DNA of 25,887 nt, taken from positions 1-25,887 of the forward strand of contig JBDKFG010000072.1 of assembly GCA_039798785.1 (NCBI GenBank), written 5' to 3'. The position numbers and the translations under genes are program-made. Position 1 is the stretch's first letter. Each line of letters begins with the position of its first letter. This stretch comes from Verrucomicrobiota bacterium. GTDB lineage: Bacteria > Verrucomicrobiota > Lentisphaeria > Lentisphaerales > Lentisphaeraceae. Shown here in pieces: positions 1 to 7,839 of this stretch. The notes below the pieces were generated by a model. The model saw nothing but the letters and a program-made list of their open reading frames with translations, was not told the origin of the DNA and did not search any database.

Positions 1-31
1 CAACTTCGCCGAAGTTGGATATTTCTCCCAT
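1..31 (-). CDS. Possible 5' end of a gene running off the left edge (MGEISNFGEV...)
   Basis: ATG at 31-29 with GGAG about 10 nt upstream on the minus strand. The frame is open to the edge but only 10 codons are visible. Confidence 0.2.
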   Translation of the reverse strand, partial: MGEISNFGEV

Positions 32-114
32 CCAAAAAGAGGCTCCAAAATGTTAGATCCATACTCTTTGGGCTGCAATTCGGCTTCGGAATCCAGGTTG
101 AATTCAAAGTCATT

Positions 115-138
115 CGCCCCGCCGTCACCGGCGGGGCG
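115..138 (-). terminator. GC-rich hairpin just downstream of the deacetylase stop; possible terminator or mRNA-stabilising stem
   Basis: Perfect 10-bp stem CGCCCCGCCG-tcac-CGGCGGGGCG, 7 nt after the TGA at 146-148. The U-tract is weak (AATGACTTT). Confidence 0.5.
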
Positions 139-145
139 TCTTCCG

Positions 146-1018
146 TCACCCAAGGATTTCCTTCAGGCTCTGGCCGGGGGCGAAGGTGCGGCCATTGGGC
201 CAGGGGGCTTGCTGAGCTCCGGCGCTCCAGCGGCTGAGGCGGTAGATCATGGCGAAGTCGAAGCTGACGGCGGCGCCGCCCTGGCCGCCGACCACTTCGG
301 AGCCGCGCATGACGTTGTCCATCATGCGGCCGGGGTGGAGGAGGTGGTAGGGATTGCGCTCGACTTCACCGGTGTGGGCGGCGAGCGCGGCGATGGTCAG
401 CGCTTCCTGTTCGGCGCTGACGCCGATCAGCAGGTTGGGGCCGTTCATGGCGTGCCAGAACTCGGTTTCGAGGATGGAGGTCTTGAAGCTCGGATCGCGC
501 TGGCTGGCGAGCTTGAGGGCATCCATGCCGAGGTGATGGACGCCGATATGGGTCGAGTTGAAGTCGTCGTCATGCGGGAAGGTCACCAGGGCCGGGCGCT
601 CGGCGAGGAGGAAGGCGGCGGTCTCTTCGACCTTTTTCTGCCAATCAGCCGGATCGGCGAGGCGGCTTTTCGGATTGACCTTGTCGAAGCCACGACCTTG
701 ATTAGGCACTTCGTTGCGGAAGCCGAGGATGGCGCAGGCGTCGCGCAGTTCGGCGAGGCGTCCGTCCTTGCGGGCGGCATTGGAGCCGAGAGTGACGGCG
801 TAGTTGACGATTTCGCAGCCGATCTCCTCCTGGAGGCGGAGAGGCAGGGCGGCCATGACGCATTCGTCGTCGGGGTGAGGCGAGAGGATGAGCACTTTGG
901 CTCCTTTGCCGTTGGAGCGGACTGTGTCGGCGCCGCCGAGCGGGAGCTTATGGCCTTTGCGGATCAGTTCGACACCGGACTGGACGAAATCGAGATAGGC
1001 GGCGGCATGGTTTTTCAC
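146..1018 (-). CDS. PIG-L/LmbE family N-acetylhexosamine deacetylase
   Basis: VLILSPHPDDE Zn motif, R..E...A..ILG helix, and H at NSTH. Start set at GTG 1018 because of the GTGA overlap with the upstream stop and AGGA about 9 nt upstream; the ORF-track start 1144 lies inside the upstream gene. Confidence 0.85.
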   Translation of the reverse strand: MKNHAAAYLDFVQSGVELIRKGHKLPLGGADTVRSNGKGAKVLILSPHPDDECVMAALPLRLQEEIGCEIVNYAVTLGSNAARKDGRLAELRDACAILGFRNEVPNQGRGFDKVNPKSRLADPADWQKKVEETAAFLLAERPALVTFPHDDDFNSTHIGVHHLGMDALKLASQRDPSFKTSILETEFWHAMNGPNLLIGVSAEQEALTIAALAAHTGEVERNPYHLLHPGRMMDNVMRGSEVVGGQGGAAVSFDFAMIYRLSRWSAGAQQAPWPNGRTFAPGQSLKEILG

Positions 1019-2121
1019 GGGGCATTTCCTCGGATTAGGCATTGGGGATGAGAGAGGTTCCAGATGGCGCGGAGGAGGACCTGGGAGCTGACCTGGAGGG
1101 AGGCGGGACTGAGTTTGTCGAGCGTATCGTCTTCGGTGTGCCACCAGGAGTTGCGGGGGCCGTAGTCGAGGTCGATGATGTCGAGGGCCGGGATTCCGGC
1201 TTCGAGCCAGGGTTTGTGGTCGTCAGTCATCTCTTCGCTGCCGGCCGGCTCGAAGAAGGCTTCGCTGTTGTTGGCGGCGGCGCAGGCGGCGAGGAGATCC
1301 TGCAGTTGCGGGGTGCCGTGGAAGCGGGCGTTGAGATGGATGTCTCCGATCATGTCGAAATTCACCATCGCCTTGACTTCGGCGAGGCGGCCGGACTGGC
1401 GGAACTTGCGAACTTGGTGGTAGGAGCCGAAGAGGCCGTCGCCTTCGCCTTCGGTGAAGGCGACTTCGGCCTCTTCGCCGTCGTAGAAGGTGAAGAGGAG
1501 GGAGCGGCGCGAGCTCCATTTCGCCTTGTCGGCGGCGATGATCTCCATCAGGTGGAGCAGGGCTGCGGTGGAGGAGCCACCGTCGTTGGCGCCGGTGAAC
1601 TTCGGCATGGCGGCGATCTTCTTGGTGTCGTAATGGCTGCCGATGACGATCAGGCCGGGTTCCTTGCCGGGCAGGAGGCATTCGACGTTGACGAAGACGC
1701 GTTCGGCGCGGCCGCGTGGCTGGGACCAGCGGTCGAGCGTGACCGAGTAGCCGAGGGAGCTGGCTCGGGCGGCGATGTCTTCATGCGCTTTTTTCCAGGC
1801 TGCCGAGCCGGCGACGCGGGGGCCGGCGGCGATGTGGTGGCCGACAAGCTTGTAGATCGCCTGGCCGTCGATCCGCTCCAGGCCGGGAGGGCGGGCGTCC
1901 GGGTGCTTCAGGTCGGGTGGGGGTGGCGGCTGGCAGGCGAGGAGGAGAAGGAGAGCGAAAGTTGAAAGCTTGAAAGGTTGAGAAGTTGCAAGGCGGGGGG
2001 CAAGACGGCGGAGCGCAAAAGTTGAAAGGCGAGCGGCAAGACGAGTCATCCCCGGCAATTGCTCGAGAGCGAACCTTTCAAGCTTTGAACCTTTCAAGCT
2101 TTCAACCTCTGACTTATTCAT
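1015..2121 (-). CDS. M28 family zinc enzyme, glutaminyl-cyclase-like, predicted lipoprotein
   Basis: Motifs GSHYDTK, GANDGGSS, FYDGEEA, GLFGS, FDMIGD, TDDHKPW and WWHTEDDT. Lipobox LLLLLA-C (Cys at 1935-1933). Start is uncertain: ATG 2121 (overlaps the ftsZ stop) or ATG 2049. Confidence 0.85.
   Translation of the reverse strand: MNKSEVESLKGSKLERFALEQLPGMTRLAARLSTFALRRLAPRLATSQPFKLSTFALLLLLACQPPPPPDLKHPDARPPGLERIDGQAIYKLVGHHIAAGPRVAGSAAWKKAHEDIAARASSLGYSVTLDRWSQPRGRAERVFVNVECLLPGKEPGLIVIGSHYDTKKIAAMPKFTGANDGGSSTAALLHLMEIIAADKAKWSSRRSLLFTFYDGEEAEVAFTEGEGDGLFGSYHQVRKFRQSGRLAEVKAMVNFDMIGDIHLNARFHGTPQLQDLLAACAAANNSEAFFEPAGSEEMTDDHKPWLEAGIPALDIIDLDYGPRNSWWHTEDDTLDKLSPASLQVSSQVLLRAIWNLSHPQCLIRGNAP
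1961..2106. repeat. Palindromic element built of GTTGAAAG-like 8-mers with a perfect 19-bp terminal inverted repeat
   Basis: GTTGAAAGCTTGAAAGGTT (1961-1979) is the exact reverse complement of 2088-2106. There is a 16-bp tandem duplication (2071-2086/2087-2102) and a 23-bp direct repeat with 3 mismatches (1985-2007/2021-2043). Confidence 0.85.
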
Positions 2122-3277
2122 TTTCGATCTTGATGCCCTTGCGCTGCCAGGTCGGGATGTCGAGGTTCTGGCCGTTCCAGAGCGTCGGCTTGAGGGACTT
2201 TGAGAAGGCTCCGGCGCTGAGTTCCTGGAGTTTGAATTCGCCCTGGAGGTTGTCTCCCGACTCATGCAGGCCGCTGCGGCTGGCGTGAGTCTTGTGGCGG
2301 CGGGGCGGGTGGTTTTTCGGCGGGTGGGCGCCGGCGATCCGTCCTTTGGCGTAGCGGATGAGGAGCAGCACCGCCTGGACGCTGCCGCTCTGGTTCTGCG
2401 ACGACAATCCGACGACGATCTCGGCCTGGGGATTGATCATCGCCTTGATCGCGGAGATGCAGGCGTTGGCGCTGGACATCGGCAGGTCCGATGCGGCGCT
2501 GAGGGAGAGCAGGGCGGCATCGCAGGTCTGAAGCTGTTCCGAACCGGCGAGCATGGGGAAGGCCTTGAGCTCGGCGGCGAGGCGGGTGCTCATCCCTTCG
2601 CCGGCGGCGGCGGCGATGGCGATGCGGCATTCGGCGTCGCGCTTGCGCAGCAGGGTGCGGAGGTGGCTGAAGTCGACCGGCATGGCGCCGCCACCGCGGC
2701 TGATCGCGACCAGGGCTCCGATCGATTCGGCTATCGCCTCGTCGACCTGGCGGAAGGCGTCAGCGACGCTGCCGCCGAGGCTCTGGAAGAGGGCGTCTCC
2801 CTCGAGGCAGACCACCGCGTCTGCGGTGTCGCGCAGCTGCTCAAGGCAGCGTTCGGCGTTCTTTCGCCGCAGGTTGCCTTCGTTCTGGAAGGGGCGGGTG
2901 CAGACGAAGAGGCTGGCGATGCCGGCGTCCTTCAAGGCTCTTGACAGGCTCGGGGCGCCGCCGCAAGCGGTGCCGCCGCCGAGGGGGGCGACGATGATGA
3001 CGAGGCGGCTGCCGCGGCAGTAGTCGAGCACCGCCGTGCCGGCCTGGGCATAGCCTTTCTCGCCGAGAAGGGCGTCGCCGCCGGTGCCATCGGGGCATTT
3101 GTCTCCGAGGAGGAATCGCCGGCCGATGCCACTGGCTTCGAGGTCGCGGCCGCAGGTGTCGGCTGCTGCGAGATCGAGTCCGGCTCCGCGGCCGGCCTGC
3201 TGGAAGGCTTTCAGGATTTTCCCGCCGGCGCCGCCGAGGGCGAGCAGTGCGATCCGTTGATTCTGGCTCATTGACAT
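2114..3277 (-). CDS. ftsZ: Divergent FtsZ (tubulin-like GTPase family)
   Basis: LGGAGGK, GTGGDALLG, LGGGTACG, TRPFQNEGNLRR, T7-like MPVDFSHL and the C-terminal core peptide NLDIPTWQR. GGGAG RBS before ATG 3277. Confidence 0.85.
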   Translation of the reverse strand: MSMSQNQRIALLALGGAGGKILKAFQQAGRGAGLDLAAADTCGRDLEASGIGRRFLLGDKCPDGTGGDALLGEKGYAQAGTAVLDYCRGSRLVIIVAPLGGGTACGGAPSLSRALKDAGIASLFVCTRPFQNEGNLRRKNAERCLEQLRDTADAVVCLEGDALFQSLGGSVADAFRQVDEAIAESIGALVAISRGGGAMPVDFSHLRTLLRKRDAECRIAIAAAAGEGMSTRLAAELKAFPMLAGSEQLQTCDAALLSLSAASDLPMSSANACISAIKAMINPQAEIVVGLSSQNQSGSVQAVLLLIRYAKGRIAGAHPPKNHPPRRHKTHASRSGLHESGDNLQGEFKLQELSAGAFSKSLKPTLWNGQNLDIPTWQRKGIKIENE

Positions 3278-3297
3278 GGCTCCCTAAGTGTTGCGCT

Positions 3298-3306
3298 AAA
3301 GTAGCA
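3298..3306 (-). promoter_or_regulatory. Possible extended -10 promoter for ftsZ
   Basis: The minus strand reads TG-c-TACTTT about 20 nt upstream of the ftsZ ATG, in the divergent spacer. Confidence 0.35.
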
Positions 3307-3430
3307 AGTCGGCAGGGGGACGCCAGCCACGGGAAGCCTGATTCCGGGGAAAAAGCGGCGGCTTCCGGGGGGCTGGAGCGGCCCCACTCCCGCCAAAGCG
3401 GGTTATTGTGGAGTCAAAGCCGAGAACCGA

Positions 3431-4057
3431 ATGTCGAAACCGTCCTCACGCAGCCCGCTCTTCCTCGCCATCGCCCTGCTCTTCAGCATCGGCGCCCTCT
3501 TCGTTCTCATCCGTCAGAAGCCTCACGCCGAGACTCTCCCCGCCGCAGCCGGCAAGCTTTCGCCGAAGCGGCTCGCCCAGGTTGACGCCCTCCTCAGGCG
3601 CGGCGAAACCCATGCCGCTCTGATCCGGATCGAGGCTGCCCGCGAAGATGCCCATCCGGAATTCCTCGCCAGCCGGATCCGCTGCCTGGTCGATACCGGA
3701 AGACTCGATGAGGCCGCTGCCTGTCTCGATCAGGAGAAGGCCAGACCCAACCATCCCGCCTTGGTCCACGCCCGCATCCAGCTGCAGCTCGGCCGCCGCG
3801 ACTTCCCGGGCCTTGAGCGCAGCGCCGCCCTGCTGCGGCTGACTCAGCCTAGCGACTGCCGCACCATGGCTGTCGAAGCCTTGCGCGCCTGTCTCAAAGG
3901 CGACAGCCTCGCGACGATGCGGATCCTCGATCTTCTGCGGCAGGTCGCCGGACCGGAACTGCACCTCGTCTTGCCGCCGAGCTTCCTCCAGGCCTTCCGC
4001 AGCATCCCCTCCTTCCCCTCCTGGGAGCGGGCTCACCTCGCGGCCGCCGCGCCATGA
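3431..4057 (+). CDS. Membrane-anchored TPR-like hypothetical protein
   Basis: N-terminal hydrophobic helix (LFLAIALLFSIGALFVLI) followed by TPR-like helical pairs (LLRRGETHAA, LVDTGRLDEAAACL). ATGA overlap with mutL. Confidence 0.65.
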   Translation: MSKPSSRSPLFLAIALLFSIGALFVLIRQKPHAETLPAAAGKLSPKRLAQVDALLRRGETHAALIRIEAAREDAHPEFLASRIRCLVDTGRLDEAAACLDQEKARPNHPALVHARIQLQLGRRDFPGLERSAALLRLTQPSDCRTMAVEALRACLKGDSLATMRILDLLRQVAGPELHLVLPPSFLQAFRSIPSFPSWERAHLAAAAP

Positions 4058-5970
4058 GCCGGATCAGGATCCTCCGCCAGGAAGTCGCCAACCGCATCGC
4101 CGCCGGGGAAGTGGTCGAACGTCCCGCTTCGGTCCTTAAGGAATTGGTCGACAATTCCGTCGACGCCGGCGCCACCCGCATCGCGGTCACCGTCGAAGGT
4201 GCCGGGGTCGCCCTGCTCCAGGTCGCCGACAACGGCTGCGGCATGGACGCCGACGACGCGCTGCAATGCCTGGAGCAGCACGCCACCTCGAAGATCAGCG
4301 AATTCGAGGATCTCGAAAAACTCCTCACCTGCGGATTCCGCGGAGAGGCCATCCCTTCCATCGCCTCGGTGTCGCGCTTCACCATCGTCACCCGACCCCA
4401 CGACGCCCTTGAGGGCAGCAAGGTGGTGGTCGAGGGCGGAACGGTGCGCGAAGTCTCTGGCTGCGGCTGCCCTCCCGGCACCACCATGAGCGTCCGCCAG
4501 CTCTTCTACAACGTCCCGGCCCGCCGCAAGTTCCTCCGCTCGCCGGAGACCGAGGAAGGCCACATCGTCGAGCAGCTCCACCTCCTCGCCCTGTCCCGCC
4601 AGGACATCCATTTCACCCTCAGCCTTGACGGTCGCCAGGTCCTCAACCTGCCGCCCGGCGACGACCTGCGGCAGCGTGCCGCCGAGCTCTATGGGCGCGA
4701 CACGGTGAAGGACATGCTGCCGGTGGCCTGGTCGGAAGAGGGCATCGCCGTCTCCGGGCTGATCTCGCGACCCGGGGTGCACCGCTCGACCCGCAAGGAG
4801 CAGCGCAGCTTCGTCAACCGCCGCCCGGTCGACTCCCCCGTCCTCAGCAGCGCTTTGCGCGAAGCCTACGATTCGCTGGTGCCCAAAGGGCGCTATCCGC
4901 CGGCACTGGTCTTCGTCTCCCTCGCCCCCGAACGGGTCGACTTCAACGTTCATCCGGCCAAGCGAGAGATCCGCTTCCGCGAGGCTCCGGCGGTGCAGCG
5001 CGTCGTCCTCGCCGCCCTGCAGCAGGCCCTGCGCGGCATCGCCGGGGCGGCCATTTTGCAGCCACCTTCATTCCTGCTGCCGCATAGCGCCGATTCTGTC
5101 CGGCCGAAACTCAGCTTCGCCCCGGCGAATGCGCCCGCCGCAACGCCTGAAGCCTCCGCAACGCCTGAGGCCGCCGCAACGCCGGCGAATGCACCCGCCG
5201 CAACGCCTGAGGCCGCCGCAATGCCGTCGGCTCCTGCCAGTCCCATCGGCTCCATTCGTCCCCTAGGTCCCAGTGCCCCTCCCCCGCCTGCTCCCGCCCA
5301 CGGCCTCGCTCCCACCCACGGCCTCGCTCCCGCCCACGGCCTCGCTCCCGCCCACGGCCTCGCTCCCGCCCACGGCCTCGCTCCCGCCCACGGCCTCACC
5401 CGCTTGCGGCTGCTCGGGCCGGTGCGGGACCGCTATGTCGCCGCGGTGGGGGAAGGGGGACTGGTGCTGATCTCCCTGCAGGCGGCGCGTGAGCGCATCC
5501 TCTTCGAGCGGCTTCTGGCCAGCGCCAAGACTCGGCAGGTTAGCCAGCAGCCCTTGCTGATTCCCATCACCCTGGAAGTCCCTGCCGCCGATTCCGCCCT
5601 TCTCAAGCGCGCCGGCGACACCCTCGCCTCTCTGGGTTTTGACATCTCGCCCTTCGGCGGCAACACCTGGCTGCTTGCCGCCGTGCCCGCCTGCTACCCG
5701 CAGGAAAACCTCCTTGCCATCTTCCGCAACCTCGTCGACGATCTTCGCGACAACCCCGATTCCAGCGCCCGTCGCGGGGTCTTGGACGAACCGCTCGCAG
5801 CCTCGGCCGCCCGCGCCGCCGCCCGCGCTCATCAGCCCTTGGACGAGCTTTCCCTCAGAATGCTCGTGCAGGAGCTGGACCGTTGCGAACTTCCTTATGC
5901 CGCTCCGGACGGCCGTCCCGTACTCGTCCATCTGTCCGACGCTGAACTGGCCCGGCGCTTCGGTCGTTGA
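4054..5970 (+). CDS. mutL: DNA mismatch repair protein MutL
   Basis: NRIAAGEVVERPASVLKELVDNSVDAGA, DNGCGM, HATSKI, GFRGEA, LFYNVPARRKFL, DFNVHPAKREIRF, and C-terminal QQPLLIP and DGRP. Confidence 0.97.
   Translation: MSRIRILRQEVANRIAAGEVVERPASVLKELVDNSVDAGATRIAVTVEGAGVALLQVADNGCGMDADDALQCLEQHATSKISEFEDLEKLLTCGFRGEAIPSIASVSRFTIVTRPHDALEGSKVVVEGGTVREVSGCGCPPGTTMSVRQLFYNVPARRKFLRSPETEEGHIVEQLHLLALSRQDIHFTLSLDGRQVLNLPPGDDLRQRAAELYGRDTVKDMLPVAWSEEGIAVSGLISRPGVHRSTRKEQRSFVNRRPVDSPVLSSALREAYDSLVPKGRYPPALVFVSLAPERVDFNVHPAKREIRFREAPAVQRVVLAALQQALRGIAGAAILQPPSFLLPHSADSVRPKLSFAPANAPAATPEASATPEAAATPANAPAATPEAAAMPSAPASPIGSIRPLGPSAPPPPAPAHGLAPTHGLAPAHGLAPAHGLAPAHGLAPAHGLTRLRLLGPVRDRYVAAVGEGGLVLISLQAARERILFERLLASAKTRQVSQQPLLIPITLEVPAADSALLKRAGDTLASLGFDISPFGGNTWLLAAVPACYPQENLLAIFRNLVDDLRDNPDSSARRGVLDEPLAASAARAAARAHQPLDELSLRMLVQELDRCELPYAAPDGRPVLVHLSDAELARRFGR
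5122..5226 (+). repeat. Imperfect in-frame repeat in the mutL linker (PANAPAAT / PEAAAT units)
   Basis: CCGCAACGCC occurs four times and CCGGCGAATGC.CCCGCCGCAACGCCTGA twice. Encodes PANAPAATPEASATPEAAATPANAPAATPEAAAMP. Confidence 0.85.
5290..5397 (+). repeat. 18-bp VNTR x6 in the mutL linker encoding (APAHGL)6
   Basis: GCTCCCGCCCACGGCCTC x6. Five copies are identical; copy 2 has one G>A change (APTHGL). Confidence 0.97.
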
Positions 5971-6078
5971 CACTGTCCCAAAATCCTTGAGTTCTCGTGT
6001 GGCCAAAAATCCCGGCGCCCCGCGCAATCTTGTCGGCCGCCTTTATCTTGCAGAGGTCAGCAAGGGCGGTATCCGAAG

Positions 6079-7827
6079 ATGAGTGATTCGAACTTTCCTC
6101 GACACGAAACCACGGGATCGATGCTGCGGGCGGTGATGCCGCACCGCCGTTTTTCCGATCATTATCACCTCCAGAAGATCCTGGGCGAAGGCGGCATGGG
6201 CCGGATCTATTCCGCCCGTGACATGGCGATCGGTCGCAACGTCGCGATCAAGTTCCTGCGACGCGAGCTGGTAGCCGGCATCTCCCTGCGCTACTTCCTC
6301 AAGGAAGCCCAGATCACCGGCCAGCTCGCCCACCCCAACATCATCCCTGTCTACGAGATCGGCTCGACCGATGACGGCGACTATTTCTACGCGATGAAGG
6401 AGGTGCAGGGGGAGAACCTGGGGACGATCCTTGACCGTCTCGCCGAGGGGGATCCCGAGACCCTATCCACCTACAACCTGCAGGTCCTGATCGGCATCCT
6501 GCTGAAGACCTGCGACGCCGTCGCCTACGCCCACAACAAAGGCGTGGTCCATCTCGACTTGAAGCCCGAAAACATCATGGTCGGCTCATTCGGTGAGGTA
6601 CTGGTGATGGACTGGGGGCTGGCCCGCTTGCGCCGTCTTGGTCCGAGGGTCGATCCAAGCAAGATGGTCCACCTTGACGAGGAGGCGCATGTCGACGCCA
6701 GCCATGAAGACGGCAAGGTGCTTGGGACTCCGGCCTTCATGGCTCCCGAGCAGGCTTCAGGCAACGCCAGCATCGTCGGCACTCGCAGCGACATCTATTC
6801 GCTGGGCGGCATCCTCTACAACATCCTGGTCTTGCGTCCACCCGCATCCGGGCGGACGACGACGGCGGTGATTCGCAAGAAGTTCACCGAGGGCGTGCGC
6901 GACCCCTTGATCTACAATCGCCAGGCCAACAGTGAAGGAGCCGAGCAGATAAGTCTCAGCCATCTTCCCGGCGGCCAGGTGCCGGAATCCCTCGCCGCCG
7001 TGGCGATGAAAGCGCTGGCCGAGTCCCCCGACGGACGCTATCAGAAAGTCAACGAACTGCAGCGCGACCTGATCGCCTATCTCGCCGGCTATGCGCCCAA
7101 GGCCGAGCAGGCGGGCCGTGGCAAGCGCTTCCGCCTGTTGCTGCAGCGAAACAGAAGGCTGCTCGCCTACTCGGTCCTGCTCGGTCTCAGTCTGGTCGCC
7201 GCAGTGCTGGGCGGCGCCGTCCTGGTCGCTCATCGGGAAAGCGTCCGCGAATTCGACAATGCCCACGACCTGCTGCGCGCCGCAAGGGCCGCCCTGGAAA
7301 GCGGCGACTCCCGCCTTAGCGAAAGCCTTGCTCGCCAGGCCCTTGAAAACGGCGCCAATCCCGGCACCGCAAGGAGGGCCTTGGTCCTCGCGCTATTGCA
7401 GCTCCAGCGACTCGACGAGGCGCGATCCCTGGCTCGCGTCGCCATTCAATCCGGGGATCAAGTGAGTCCTTGGATGCATAGTCTCATCAAGGGGGCGGAG
7501 CCGAGGGCCCTGGGCCATTCCCTGGCCGCCTCCGGCGAGGTCGCGACCGCCTGTCGTTTTCTCCTGCCCCAGGTGCGCGGCGTCGGCATGCCGGTGGCTG
7601 ATCGAGCCAACCTGTGCAACGAACTTGCCAAGGCGGCGAAGCTGCCGCTCGAAATCCGTACTGACGGCAGCCTCATGAGCGCCGTCCTCGGGCAGTGGCG
7701 GATGCAGGCCCGCCCCTGGCCGCTCCTGCTGATTCCTTCCGGCTCCAGAATCGAAAGCTCCGATCTCCGCTGGGCCAGCGACCCCATAGTGACCCAGGGC
7801 AAGTTGGAGTTCTGCTTGCTGAATTGA
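6079..7827 (+). CDS. Hanks-type Ser/Thr protein kinase with a transmembrane helix and TPR-like C-terminal region
   Basis: LGEGGMGRIY, VAIK, HPNIIPVY, VVHLDLKPENI, DWGLA, GTPAFMAPEQ and SDIYSLG. Hydrophobic segment LLAYSVLLGLSLVAAVLGGAVLVA. Confidence 0.93.
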   Translation: MSDSNFPRHETTGSMLRAVMPHRRFSDHYHLQKILGEGGMGRIYSARDMAIGRNVAIKFLRRELVAGISLRYFLKEAQITGQLAHPNIIPVYEIGSTDDGDYFYAMKEVQGENLGTILDRLAEGDPETLSTYNLQVLIGILLKTCDAVAYAHNKGVVHLDLKPENIMVGSFGEVLVMDWGLARLRRLGPRVDPSKMVHLDEEAHVDASHEDGKVLGTPAFMAPEQASGNASIVGTRSDIYSLGGILYNILVLRPPASGRTTTAVIRKKFTEGVRDPLIYNRQANSEGAEQISLSHLPGGQVPESLAAVAMKALAESPDGRYQKVNELQRDLIAYLAGYAPKAEQAGRGKRFRLLLQRNRRLLAYSVLLGLSLVAAVLGGAVLVAHRESVREFDNAHDLLRAARAALESGDSRLSESLARQALENGANPGTARRALVLALLQLQRLDEARSLARVAIQSGDQVSPWMHSLIKGAEPRALGHSLAASGEVATACRFLLPQVRGVGMPVADRANLCNELAKAAKLPLEIRTDGSLMSAVLGQWRMQARPWPLLLIPSGSRIESSDLRWASDPIVTQGKLEFCLLN

Positions 7828-7839
7828 GGCTGGGGACGC

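Noticed and set aside
1..17. Perfect palindrome CAACTTCG-C-CGAAGTTG
   Set aside because: Single occurrence at the window edge, possibly inside a coding region. There is no context to call it an operator.
50..2944. Long plus-strand ORFs 50..1051, 1042..1965 and 2264..2944
   Set aside because: Antisense shadows of the deacetylase, M28 and ftsZ genes in GC-rich DNA, with no recognisable motifs.
6037..6069. Imperfect hairpin CCGCCTTT...AAGGGCGG just before the kinase start
   Set aside because: Short GC-rich stem with no U-tract and no riboswitch features; can arise by chance.
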